From Escherichia phage Mangalitsa: a stretch of DNA of 52,329 nucleotides. The position numbers were made by a program, and so were the translations under genes. Shown one piece after another: positions 1-8,096 of this stretch. The DNA is taken from sequence record NC_048799.1. One strand, written 5' to 3'. A model generated the notes under the pieces. That model saw only the letters and a list, made by a program, of their open reading frames with translations, did no database searches and was not told where the DNA came from. Numbering within the stretch: position 1 is the stretch's first letter; every line of letters begins with the position of its first letter.

Positions 1-131
1 TTAAAATACGGTCCCTACCTCAACTTTTTCCTAGAGCCTATCGGCTTTCAATCAACACCAAGTTAGGCGCTTCGCTTATGAGTCAAGGTCAAAGGCAATC
101 AGAGCACGCTGTTGTAATGTGCTAGTCTCAC

Positions 132-150
132 CATTAGTTGGTTGTGATTA
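132..150 (+). promoter_or_regulatory. phage-RNAP-type promoter, variant class (CATTAGTTGGTTGTGATTA), upstream of the RNAP gene
   Basis: Member of a 10-copy motif family with core CATTAGT; closest match is the copy at 26372 upstream of terminase. Confidence 0.5.
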
Positions 151-210
151 TGAATAGGCTACGCAAGTCTAATCCGTTTCAGTTAAATCATAATCAATTG
201 GAGACTTATC

Positions 211-2325
211 ATGACTAACGAAGAATACCGTGCACTGGCTGCTGATGGCGCTCGCTTGAAAGAAGAAGGCCAAGGTTGGAAAGACGTGCTCGATACGATG
301 GACCGTTGCAACCAGATGGTAGATGAAATCACCTCCGCTACACAATCCGAAACTAAAACCGAAACTAAATTGGAGACTCGCAAAATGACAACTATCTCAA
401 CTCAAACTATCAAATCCGTTGTCCCTGCTATCACTGCCCTGGTATACCGTGCTAAAGAGAAACAGAATTACATGCAGCCTCAGACCTGTGCTATTGCTGC
501 TCTTGCAATCTTTAAGATGATGACCTCATTCACTCGTGATGATGTTGTTCCTGCAATGTCAATGGTTGAACTGGCTTCTGCTTCTATTGCTGATGCCAAC
601 CGTTACAACAACGACCTGAAAGCAATGCACTATGTTGACCCGGCTATCAACCTCATTGGTCTGGCTAAACACTTTGGCTTCATCACCATGAACGAAGACA
701 AGTCGTTCCAACAAACTGATGCATGGGTTGAGCTGGTTACTACCAAAGATACCTCAGTTCCATTTACTGAGCGTGTTACCACTGAATCTCGTCGCAAGCC
801 TTTCGTTAAAGGTGGCAAAGTTAAGCCATCCAAGACTCTGAAAGCTGCAATCGAATTCCTGCAAGATACTGAGTACCATGTGGAGACTGAGATGGTTCGC
901 GTCATCCAGTCTATGATTGAACAACGTACCTACGGTGGTTTGCAGGTGCCAGAAGCAATCCAGACTGAACTCCATGTTTGGAACAATGCTGTAGCAATGA
1001 TGACTCAGGACACTCTGTTCTCTGACTACTTTGCTGATAACCGTGGTCGTCTGTATCATGTAGCATGTGCTGGTCCTAACCCACAATCATCTGACTTTGC
1101 TCGTTGCTTGTATTCTCACAATGTTGAGAACATCGTTAAGAAGTTTAACGAAGATGGTTCTACTACCATTGCATACAACATGTTCATGGCAGAGCTGGAA
1201 GATATTTCCGGTGGTGAATGGTGTACTGCTAAGCGTTTAACTTATGTTGCTCAGAATCCAGCTGGTTCACTTGCTCGCATGATGAACATGGACAAATCTG
1301 AACGTCCTTCTAAGCCATTCACTTATGTTCGATTGGCTCTGGATTGGTTCAAGTTTGAGACTACAGGTGAGTGTGATTCTCGAGTAGGCTTTGGCTTAGA
1401 TGCTAAATGTTCTGGTACTCAATATCTGGCATTCATTGCTGGTAACATGGAGATGGCTCGTGCAACAGGTCTGGTTGATTCTGAGACTAAAGCATCTGAC
1501 CCATACCAGTTGAGTCTCCGTGAACTGTTGAAGCTACTGGATAAGTCTTCAATGAAACCATCTCCTGAAATTATGGATGAATTCTTGAATCCGAAAGCTG
1601 GTCGTAAGTTTATCAAAACTCCATACATGGCTATCCAATATGGTGGTGGTAAAGCTGCGTTAACTGGTTCTTCTGACTTTATCTCCTACATGACTGCATC
1701 TCTACAGATTCCAGTTGAGAAAGCAGAAGCATTTGCTGAACTGTGTGTGGAAGCAATCCATAACGCATTGGGTGCTAAGATTAACATGTTCATTGAGAAA
1801 GCTGCTGAAGCTGCATATAACCGTTGTGTTGAACTCAACAAAGAGTACATCACCTATAAGCACACTGATGGCCAAGTTGTAATGAAGCCTTGCTTCCCAT
1901 CTCGTGAAATCTGTGATGCATTCAGCATTCGTGTTGATTCTCAAACTCGTGTTATCTTTGGTCAGATTCAGGAAGAGAAACCTTGGACCATTCGTGAGTC
2001 CAATCCAACTAAGGAAGAATTCAAACGTACCTTCGTTGTTAACTACATTCAAGGTATTGATGCTCTGGTTGCTCGTACTGTTGCAGTTAAGGCTAAAGAA
2101 GCTGGTCTTCGTGGCTTTACTCCAATCCATGATTGTTTCCGTTGCTGTTTGGCTGATGCTCCACGCATGATGGAAGTTATTCGTGCAGCATATGTTGAAA
2201 TCTTTGTAACCAACAATCAATTCGAGAATCTGTCTAAGCAACTTGGTGGCATCAAGATGTATCACGAGAACATCGTAACCGAAGAGCTTCTGATGAGCGA
2301 ACACGCTTACTACTTCTGTCAATAA
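211..2325 (+). CDS. single-subunit DNA-dependent RNA polymerase, T7-like but compact (704 aa)
   Basis: Palm motifs readable in the translation: motif A DAKCSGTQYLA, motif B KFIKTPYMAIQYGGG, motif C IHDCF; RBS GGAGA before the ATG. Confidence 0.85.
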   Translation: MTNEEYRALAADGARLKEEGQGWKDVLDTMDRCNQMVDEITSATQSETKTETKLETRKMTTISTQTIKSVVPAITALVYRAKEKQNYMQPQTCAIAALAIFKMMTSFTRDDVVPAMSMVELASASIADANRYNNDLKAMHYVDPAINLIGLAKHFGFITMNEDKSFQQTDAWVELVTTKDTSVPFTERVTTESRRKPFVKGGKVKPSKTLKAAIEFLQDTEYHVETEMVRVIQSMIEQRTYGGLQVPEAIQTELHVWNNAVAMMTQDTLFSDYFADNRGRLYHVACAGPNPQSSDFARCLYSHNVENIVKKFNEDGSTTIAYNMFMAELEDISGGEWCTAKRLTYVAQNPAGSLARMMNMDKSERPSKPFTYVRLALDWFKFETTGECDSRVGFGLDAKCSGTQYLAFIAGNMEMARATGLVDSETKASDPYQLSLRELLKLLDKSSMKPSPEIMDEFLNPKAGRKFIKTPYMAIQYGGGKAALTGSSDFISYMTASLQIPVEKAEAFAELCVEAIHNALGAKINMFIEKAAEAAYNRCVELNKEYITYKHTDGQVVMKPCFPSREICDAFSIRVDSQTRVIFGQIQEEKPWTIRESNPTKEEFKRTFVVNYIQGIDALVARTVAVKAKEAGLRGFTPIHDCFRCCLADAPRMMEVIRAAYVEIFVTNNQFENLSKQLGGIKMYHENIVTEELLMSEHAYYFCQ

Positions 2326-2367
2326 CATTAATTGGTCAAGGATGACCACAACTACTTGGAGACTACA

Positions 2368-2568
2368 ATGAATACCATGCAAATCAAACAAATCGAAAAC
2401 TGTTTCAATCCTCACCACACTTGCAGCATGACTGATTTATCTCGTCCTACAGTGGAGGAGACTAAAGACTTCTTAGAATTGTTGTCAGAATATAAACAAG
2501 AATCGCATGTATTATTGCATGCATATTTACACAACTCTGGATACTTTGATACAGAGATACCGTTCTGA
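2368..2568 (+). CDS. hypothetical early protein (66 aa) ending in DTEIPF
   Basis: ORF-track frame 2332..2568 begins at TTG; the internal ATG at 2368 has a GGAGA RBS. C-terminus ...SGYFDTEIPF. Confidence 0.45.
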   Translation: MNTMQIKQIENCFNPHHTCSMTDLSRPTVEETKDFLELLSEYKQESHVLLHAYLHNSGYFDTEIPF

Positions 2569-2573
2569 TACTC

Positions 2574-2598
2574 GGGAGCTTCGGCTCCCTTTTCTTGT
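2574..2598 (+). terminator. intrinsic terminator, GGGAGC-UUCG-GCUCCC hairpin plus U-tract
   Basis: Perfect 6-bp GC stem with UUCG tetraloop followed by TTTTCTTGTTT, directly after the RNAP operon. Confidence 0.6.
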
Positions 2599-2620
2599 TT
2601 CAACTAATCTAAAGATGTAG

Positions 2621-2640
2621 CATTAGTTGCATGTGAATAA
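2621..2640 (+). promoter_or_regulatory. phage-RNAP-type promoter CATTAGTTGCATGTGAATAA
   Basis: Identical 20-mer recurs at 3749; family consensus CATTAGTTGR-ATGTGAA. Confidence 0.6.
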
Positions 2641-2660
2641 CAAACAATTTGGAGCATATC

Positions 2661-2825
2661 ATGTTCACAGTACATTACATAAACAAGAACTTATCCGAAG
2701 GTGTTTACAAGTGCGACACACTCAAAGAGGCAAGAGCGTTCGCCAGAAGCTTGAGAGAAGTAATATCTGTTGAAATCACAGATGGCGATAAAGAGTACGA
2801 TGTAGTTAAGCCTGAACTCCACTGA
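2661..2825 (+). CDS. hypothetical small protein (54 aa)
   Basis: ATG 21 nt after the promoter with GGAGCA RBS; below the 60-aa cutoff of the ORF track. Confidence 0.4.
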   Translation: MFTVHYINKNLSEGVYKCDTLKEARAFARSLREVISVEITDGDKEYDVVKPELH

Positions 2826-2838
2826 TTCCCAATATTCA

Positions 2839-2865
2839 GACAATATTGCTGCATGTAATATTGTC
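2839..2865. repeat. inverted repeat GACAATATT-N9-AATATTGTC
   Basis: Perfect 9-bp arms; belongs to the AATATTG..CAATATT family also at 3289, 3538 and the right end. Confidence 0.6.
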
Positions 2866-2876
2866 TCGATATTCGA

Positions 2877-2896
2877 CATTAGTTGGATGTGAAGTA
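2877..2896 (+). promoter_or_regulatory. phage-RNAP-type promoter CATTAGTTGGATGTGAAGTA
   Basis: Motif family member; the prefix GATATTCGACATTAGTTGG is shared with the copy at 10780. Confidence 0.55.
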
Positions 2897-3288
2897 ACAG
2901 AATACGGAGAAGTATTACTCACGTTGTTCGTGGGTTTCCGCATGTCATGTTGAAATCATTCTAGAAACATTTCAGCATGTCAACTAAACATACAGTGTTG
3001 TAATGATGTGGCAATCATTGAACTCCCTGTCTTTGGCCAGACAAAGTTCCAACAACCATGTGTGAAGTAGGATTATTATTCGAAACTGTTCTTCAACTAA
3101 GGCATGTTCACTTGTTTCAATATTGCTTCATCTCCTATTATCAAGGCCCACCCACAAGCCGGGAGATAACTTTGGCAAGACTGGAACTTTTGGACATGCT
3201 TCTTTCTTTCAATCAGAATTCGAAAGAAGAGAAGAGTCGGAGCAAAGTGGCATTACGAATCCCGTAGCCCGCCCCGATTTTGAGCAAC

Positions 3289-3306
3289 AAATATTGTGAC
3301 AATATT
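3289..3306. repeat. inverted-repeat 18-mer AATATTGTGACAATATTG, copy 1
   Basis: Exact duplicate at 3538..3555; imperfect palindrome. Confidence 0.65.
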
Positions 3307-3537
3307 GTCGCAGTATGGCATGTAAATATTGCTACAAATTGGCATGTTAGAATGTGGCAGAATTGTTAGAGGACTAATCACCTCGAAGATACAATTGTCT
3401 ACCAATCCGGCATGTTAATTTTGTAACAGTATTTGTGCCAAATTCGCATGTATTAGCTGTATCAGTATTAACCCAATATTCTTGCAACCCGCATGAATAC
3501 TGGCTTCCAGCCAAGCGAAGGCTTTATCATCGCATGT

Positions 3538-3555
3538 AATATTGTGACAATATTG
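3538..3555. repeat. inverted-repeat 18-mer AATATTGTGACAATATTG, copy 2
   Basis: Exact duplicate of 3289..3306. Confidence 0.65.
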
Positions 3556-3748
3556 GGATAAAACCCTTTATTTAATTAGTTTTATTATGCTGTACATGGT
3601 CGGTTTTCCGTACCTGCTGCGCCACTTCTTGATGTGCCAAATACATTCCAAGATAGGAGCAAACCTGTAATTAATGATGCATGTTTAGTTGTGACAAAAT
3701 TCGTCTATTTGGCAGATGAATTAGTTGCAATTAAGCATGTCCATTTAT

Positions 3749-3768
3749 CATTAGTTGCATGTGAATAA
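3749..3768 (+). promoter_or_regulatory. phage-RNAP-type promoter CATTAGTTGCATGTGAATAA, preceded by a partial copy at 3721..3734
   Basis: Identical to the 2621 copy; tandem partial motif TTAGTTGCAATTAA lies 28 nt upstream. Confidence 0.6.
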
Positions 3769-3869
3769 GACCAAATCTCTGTAAATTCTGCTGAAATTGT
3801 GTGGCAGATTTTAGAGAGATTATGTCTCCAAGCTAATCATTGTAGTTTTCGGCACTTCATGTGTCACAT

Positions 3870-3933
3870 ACTCCCTACAACTTTAAGGTGGATTGAGGTA
3901 AGACAAGACCTCCACAATCGTTCTGTAGGGAGT
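3870..3933 (+). other. structured 5' leader hairpin upstream of gene 3959
   Basis: 10-bp perfect long-range stem ACTCCCTACA / TGTAGGGAGT enclosing an inner GAGGT/ACCTC hairpin; sits between promoter 3749 and the RBS at 3948. Confidence 0.4.
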
Positions 3934-3958
3934 TTTCTTTTAACTTTGGAGAATAAAA

Positions 3959-4207
3959 ATGGATACTGTAATTAAAGCTGCTTGTTTCAAAGACCTGCAA
4001 GATGGTCAAATCTTCACTGTTCGTTCTGTGAAGTGGATTAAAGTAAATGAATCAGATAAGTACAATGCTGTAAAGTTCTTTGATTCAAGTAAGGCATGTA
4101 CTTTTAGCGACAATATTGTTGTCAATATTGAAGTCGAATTAACTCCTGAAGACGAAGATATTGAAGTGGCTCTTCGTAAAACTGCTGGATATAACGAGGG
4201 ATTCTAA
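3959..4207 (+). CDS. hypothetical early protein
   Basis: ORF with GGAGAA RBS; no recognisable motif. Confidence 0.5.
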   Translation: MDTVIKAACFKDLQDGQIFTVRSVKWIKVNESDKYNAVKFFDSSKACTFSDNIVVNIEVELTPEDEDIEVALRKTAGYNEGF

Positions 4208-4444
4208 ATGAATTATGCTTTATATCAATACATTAATCGTGATGGTGTTGTTGCTCACGCCTTAGTCAATACTAAGACAAAAGATGTAATGCTGGCTGAC
4301 ACAGTGATTTACTTCGAAAGAGGAAATCTGGTTTGGAAACCTGCTGCACATCCTGAATACGTTTGGCTTGCAATTCAAAATGACAAACATCACAAAATTG
4401 TAGCAATGGCCACGCACCCTCATTTCATTAAAGCAAGAGGTTAA
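4208..4444 (+). CDS. hypothetical early protein
   Basis: ORF tightly packed against neighbours. Confidence 0.5.
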   Translation: MNYALYQYINRDGVVAHALVNTKTKDVMLADTVIYFERGNLVWKPAAHPEYVWLAIQNDKHHKIVAMATHPHFIKARG

Positions 4445-4445
4445 T

Positions 4446-4634
4446 ATGGACTTCATCGTCTTCTTCAAATTAAATGATGTAGAGCAAAGGTTATACTTCA
4501 ATTCTTTATTTCGTTTACAGGAGTGGGCGGAGAAGTTTGTTGGTTACGACTTTGAATACATCAATGCATGTACAACTGACGAACATGAGGAAATCGTGTT
4601 CAGTTCTTTAAATCAAATTCTGGAGGCCAAATGA
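4446..4634 (+). CDS. hypothetical early protein
   Basis: ORF tightly packed against neighbours. Confidence 0.45.
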   Translation: MDFIVFFKLNDVEQRLYFNSLFRLQEWAEKFVGYDFEYINACTTDEHEEIVFSSLNQILEAK

Positions 4635-4876
4635 GCCAGTTTAAGTTAAAAGCAGATTTAATCGAATTGGCCTCTTATGAAGAGAAGGTCGAATTCATTC
4701 AGGAGCGTCTTGTTGTTAACTATGGTGGTTGGTGGGATATTGCAACAGATGAGCTAGTCACCATTGTTAAGGAAGAATTCGGCATTGAGCTGACCAATAA
4801 GCAATTTCTTGATGATGTTCTCACAGATAAAGTCGTTAAAGAAATTACAACCAATTTCATGACAAGTGTTCAGTAG
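4631..4876 (+). CDS. hypothetical early protein
   Basis: ATGA overlap with the upstream gene. Confidence 0.5.
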   Translation: MSQFKLKADLIELASYEEKVEFIQERLVVNYGGWWDIATDELVTIVKEEFGIELTNKQFLDDVLTDKVVKEITTNFMTSVQ

Positions 4877-4885
4877 GAGTATTAA

Positions 4886-5059
4886 ATGAACGACCAGCAA
4901 TTCAACACATTCATGCAGCAGATTAATCATCAAGAACTGATGGATGCCATCAAAGGCAAGAAGCCAGTCGAACGTCAATATCGTAAAATTGATAATTATA
5001 TGCCAACAATCATTGCATGTGTTGGTGTTGCTATTGTTCTCTACTTCCTGGTGAAATAA
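4886..5059 (+). CDS. hypothetical small membrane protein (57 aa)
   Basis: TAGGAGT RBS; hydrophobic C-terminal segment TIIACVGVAIVLYFLV; below ORF-track cutoff. Confidence 0.4.
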   Translation: MNDQQFNTFMQQINHQELMDAIKGKKPVERQYRKIDNYMPTIIACVGVAIVLYFLVK

Positions 5060-5154
5060 TGGACATTGTTAAGAAATTAGTGTTCTGCATTCTAATGTTC
5101 CCTCTGGTGCTGCTCGTTGTGGGCAGCTTCTTAATCTTTTAATAAGGTAATTCA

Positions 5155-5451
5155 ATGTCAATTCAGAAATTCCTTGATGTAGCAAACGTTGCTAAGAATT
5201 CGATTCCAAGCAATCCCGATATTCTCACCTCAATGCGTGTTGATGTTGCAATTCTGGCTTTGGCTGGTGAGCACATCAATGTACTTGAGAAGCAAGTTTC
5301 AGATTGTAAAAGTGAAATAATCACTTTGCGTGACCAGGTTGCCAGCCAAGAAGCGGCATATTCTGACCTCATGGATGCGAAAAACCATTTGCAACAACGG
5401 CTTGCAGATGCACTTGAAGAAATCGAAAGGTTAACACCTCCAACCAAATAA
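5155..5451 (+). CDS. hypothetical protein, coiled-coil-like
   Basis: ORF; heptad-like charged sequence. Confidence 0.5.
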   Translation: MSIQKFLDVANVAKNSIPSNPDILTSMRVDVAILALAGEHINVLEKQVSDCKSEIITLRDQVASQEAAYSDLMDAKNHLQQRLADALEEIERLTPPTK

Positions 5452-5466
5452 CAATTGGGAGTTATT

Positions 5467-5730
5467 ATGGCTACTAAGACTGGAATGATGATTGTCCCAA
5501 GCCGTAATAACTCTTTAAGCGGCTTTACTCCATATAAAATCTATGAAGTAATTTCTGGCACTGGTGAAGCAAACCTGTCAGAAGTTGCTTTGAAGCTAGG
5601 TAGGATGGTCCACTCCGACATTTCCTGTAACGTAGTTGATGATGAAGGTAAAATCCGTTTTGTAACAATGGATTTCTTTCGTGAATTTAATCTTAAATCT
5701 GAAATCGGTGTTTTATATCATGAAATTTAA
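5467..5730 (+). CDS. hypothetical protein
   Basis: ORF-track frame 5455 begins at TTG; first ATG at 5467. Confidence 0.5.
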   Translation: MATKTGMMIVPSRNNSLSGFTPYKIYEVISGTGEANLSEVALKLGRMVHSDISCNVVDDEGKIRFVTMDFFREFNLKSEIGVLYHEI

Positions 5731-5947
5731 ATGTGTTGCTTCAACCAAAGATTATGTTCCAGTTGGCTTCATCGTTGAAGGTGAAGCTATCTCACCTTTG
5801 GAATTTAAAGTGACCAAATCGGCTGAGGATGTTTCTCCAGCATTTCGTAAAGGTGCTGTCGTTCCTATGAATGGTGTATTCTGGACATGGCAGCGTGACC
5901 ATGAAGCAGAATTTGCAGATATTTGTGAACAAGGGTTATTGCAATGA
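5720..5947 (+). CDS. hypothetical protein, tandem paralog A
   Basis: Starts MKFKCVASTKDY..., contains VFWTW; resembles the next gene. Confidence 0.5.
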   Translation: MKFKCVASTKDYVPVGFIVEGEAISPLEFKVTKSAEDVSPAFRKGAVVPMNGVFWTWQRDHEAEFADICEQGLLQ

Positions 5948-6174
5948 CAAAGTTTAAATGTGTGAAATCGACCTCTTCATCTGAGTATTCTCCGAAGGTT
6001 GGAGATATTATTGAGGGAGAGCTTGTAACTATTAAAGACGAGGATGGAGTGCAGACTCGCATAAACATCACAGAAGACAGTGACCGCAGAACTTCCTATG
6101 GCGCCCCATATTGGTCTGCGGGAGAGAGTGTTCCCTTGGAAGGCAGTGTCTGGACTTGGGAAGAAGTTAAATAA
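5944..6174 (+). CDS. hypothetical protein, tandem paralog B
   Basis: Starts MTKFKCVKSTSS..., contains SVWTW. Confidence 0.5.
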   Translation: MTKFKCVKSTSSSEYSPKVGDIIEGELVTIKDEDGVQTRINITEDSDRRTSYGAPYWSAGESVPLEGSVWTWEEVK

Positions 6175-6237
6175 TTTCCTCAACCGCTTTTGTAATGAGA
6201 GTGGTTGCTGAATATTATTAATTAACTTGGAGCATTT

Positions 6238-6525
6238 ATGAAACAGCGTACTCGTTTACAACGTGACCCAGCCACAGGCCGCTTGTTACCAGCATATTTG
6301 AAGGTTGGTGACTTAGTTTACACTCGTGACTTTGCTTTTGATATTTGCCCAAGCAAAGTTTATGTTGTTCTGGCTACCAGCTTGTCAAAACCTAAAGTGC
6401 TGTTTGGTGCACTTGAACCAATTCAATTAACCGGAACTCAATTTGTCATCAAAGATGAATCTGGTTGTAACCGAATCTTCAGTCTTGGAGGTGGACTATC
6501 TAAGTGGGAGAAAGTGAGGAAATGA
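6238..6525 (+). CDS. hypothetical protein
   Basis: ORF with GGAGCA RBS. Confidence 0.5.
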   Translation: MKQRTRLQRDPATGRLLPAYLKVGDLVYTRDFAFDICPSKVYVVLATSLSKPKVLFGALEPIQLTGTQFVIKDESGCNRIFSLGGGLSKWEKVRK

Positions 6526-6809
6526 ATAAGAATTCAATCGTTAAATATGTTGGTGAAACAAATTCCAGCTTCACCAAAGGCAAGAAGTACAAAATCGTCG
6601 CAGGTCGTGGTGACGGAGTTCCTCGAAACAGCGGTACATTAGGTGCGTATATTCAATCTCCTTTGGGTTTTGTCGTTATTGATGATAACAACGTTCTACT
6701 CTATCGTTCATTCACCAATTTGTGGGAGTTGGTGAAAGATTCTGGCGAAGTAAGTTGGTATAAACCTGAATCAAACATCGACCCGATTCCTATTTCAAAG
6801 GTGATGTAA
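6522..6809 (+). CDS. hypothetical protein
   Basis: ATG with GAGGAA RBS, ATGA overlap with upstream stop. Confidence 0.5.
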   Translation: MNKNSIVKYVGETNSSFTKGKKYKIVAGRGDGVPRNSGTLGAYIQSPLGFVVIDDNNVLLYRSFTNLWELVKDSGEVSWYKPESNIDPIPISKVM

Positions 6810-6850
6810 ATTAACAAGGGGCATTCATTGAGTGTTCCTGATTAATTCAA

Positions 6851-6870
6851 CATTAGTTGGATGTGAGAGA
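6851..6870 (+). promoter_or_regulatory. phage-RNAP-type promoter CATTAGTTGGATGTGAGAGA
   Basis: Motif family member, 70 nt upstream of the SSB-tail gene. Confidence 0.55.
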
Positions 6871-6938
6871 CAAAGCTATTCCGTGGTTAGCAATGTCGCT
6901 GAAACTTAAACTGTAATTAACTTAAAGAGAATTTAATC

Positions 6939-7313
6939 ATGGCACAATTTAACGATTTAAACACTGGTATTCTGGGTTCCAATGGCTTCAAGAAAGCTGA
7001 AAATCATCCAGACGTTCGTGGTCGCATTAACGTAGAAGGTATTTGGTATTGGGTGTCTGGCTGGAATAAGAAAGCTGGCAACACCGAATTTACCTCATTG
7101 GCACTCACCATCATGACTCAGGAACAGGTTGATGAAATGATGCGTAAGCGTGAAGAGAAGGCTAAAGCCAAAGCTCAACCTCAAGCTGCCGCTCAACAGC
7201 AACAGCCACGCCAGCAGCCAACTCAGCAACAGCAAGCTCCTGCTCAACAACAACAGCAGAGCAATTATAACCCGAACGAGCCGAAAGACTTCGACGACGA
7301 CATTCCATTCTAA
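6939..7313 (+). CDS. mini SSB-like protein: short N-domain, Gln/Pro-rich linker and a C-terminal tip identical to E. coli SSB (DFDDDIPF)
   Basis: C-terminus ...NPNEPKDFDDDIPF; low-complexity linker QPQAAAQQQQPRQQPTQQQQAPAQQQQQ; N-terminal 70 aa is too short for a canonical OB-fold SSB. Confidence 0.55.
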   Translation: MAQFNDLNTGILGSNGFKKAENHPDVRGRINVEGIWYWVSGWNKKAGNTEFTSLALTIMTQEQVDEMMRKREEKAKAKAQPQAAAQQQQPRQQPTQQQQAPAQQQQQSNYNPNEPKDFDDDIPF

Positions 7314-7326
7314 TTGGAGATGCCCT

Positions 7327-7446
7327 ATGAAAATTTTATGTTTTATAGGGCTACATAATTGGGAGATTTCTCATACAAACGATTATGTAACCTTTTGGGT
7401 GTGTAAGCACTGCTCAGAAATGCGTGAGGAGTATCATGGACAATAA
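7327..7446 (+). CDS. hypothetical small Cys/His-containing peptide (39 aa)
   Basis: GGAGA RBS; MKILCFIGLHNWEISHTNDYVTFWVCKHC...; below ORF-track cutoff. Confidence 0.3.
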   Translation: MKILCFIGLHNWEISHTNDYVTFWVCKHCSEMREEYHGQ

Positions 7447-7912
7447 GTTTGTCGAAATACCTGCCAACTTGGTTAAAGCTGGCGACGTATTAGTATATAG
7501 CAACAGAGAATATTTAATTGTAAAAGTTCTGCGATTTAGTTCTGTAGTTCAACTCCAATATTCCGGAGGATACTACAATTTTGAGTTTGGGCGCATAGTC
7601 AAAGTGTTGGACAGGCCACCAGCTTCAGGAACCTCAACAATTGAATTCCCAAACCAAATAAATCCAGTATTCCTTCCTGTGGAGAATAACATGGAAACAT
7701 TAAATATTCAAAATGCAATCGAAGCACAACGCATTCTTCTGCAAAAGTTGGAGCAAATGTTGGAATTAACCCAGCTTACACCAACAAAAGATGGCAAGAT
7801 TGCAATTGGCAACTGTAACATTCGCGTGGACAAGGCATCAATCACTAAAGCCGTACGAGATGAAATGAAAGCTGCCGCAAGCAAATCCGCAGAGCTTATC
7901 AAGAAGCTGTAA
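7436..7912 (+). CDS. hypothetical protein
   Basis: ATG 7436 with GAGGAG RBS (ORF-track frame begins earlier at 7424). Confidence 0.5.
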   Translation: MDNKFVEIPANLVKAGDVLVYSNREYLIVKVLRFSSVVQLQYSGGYYNFEFGRIVKVLDRPPASGTSTIEFPNQINPVFLPVENNMETLNIQNAIEAQRILLQKLEQMLELTQLTPTKDGKIAIGNCNIRVDKASITKAVRDEMKAAASKSAELIKKL

Positions 7913-7964
7913 TTAACAGAGGTCATTCCACTTCGAGTGGCCTCGATTAATTATTGGAGGTTAC

Positions 7965-8096
7965 ATGTGGGATATTTATCTTGAAGGTGTTGACGAGCCA
8001 ATTTCAACACTTAACACACAATTTGTTACGGTTGGGTGTGCAATCCTCTACAAAGGTAGGTTGTACACCGTATCTAAAATCGTTCAGAGGTTTTAA
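7965..8096 (+). CDS. hypothetical small protein (43 aa)
   Basis: GGAGG RBS 4 nt upstream; stop overlaps the ATG of the next gene. Confidence 0.3.
   Translation: MWDIYLEGVDEPISTLNTQFVTVGCAILYKGRLYTVSKIVQRF

Noticed and set aside
1702-2418. 238-aa minus-strand ORF antisense to the RNAP gene; the same applies to other long minus-strand ORFs such as 22408..22920, 32162..32743 and 40208..40849
   Set aside because: Each lies antisense to a + strand gene with clear motifs, has no RBS or recognisable domain, and the genome is otherwise strictly unidirectional
3058-3267. 69-aa + strand ORF inside the repeat-rich early intergenic region
   Set aside because: No RBS, rare codons, and it runs through the repeat array; more likely non-coding
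7150-7446. 98-aa ORF spanning the SSB-like linker region in another frame
   Set aside because: It is a by-product of low-complexity repeat sequence; only its 3' part (7327..7446) has an RBS and is kept as a tentative small gene
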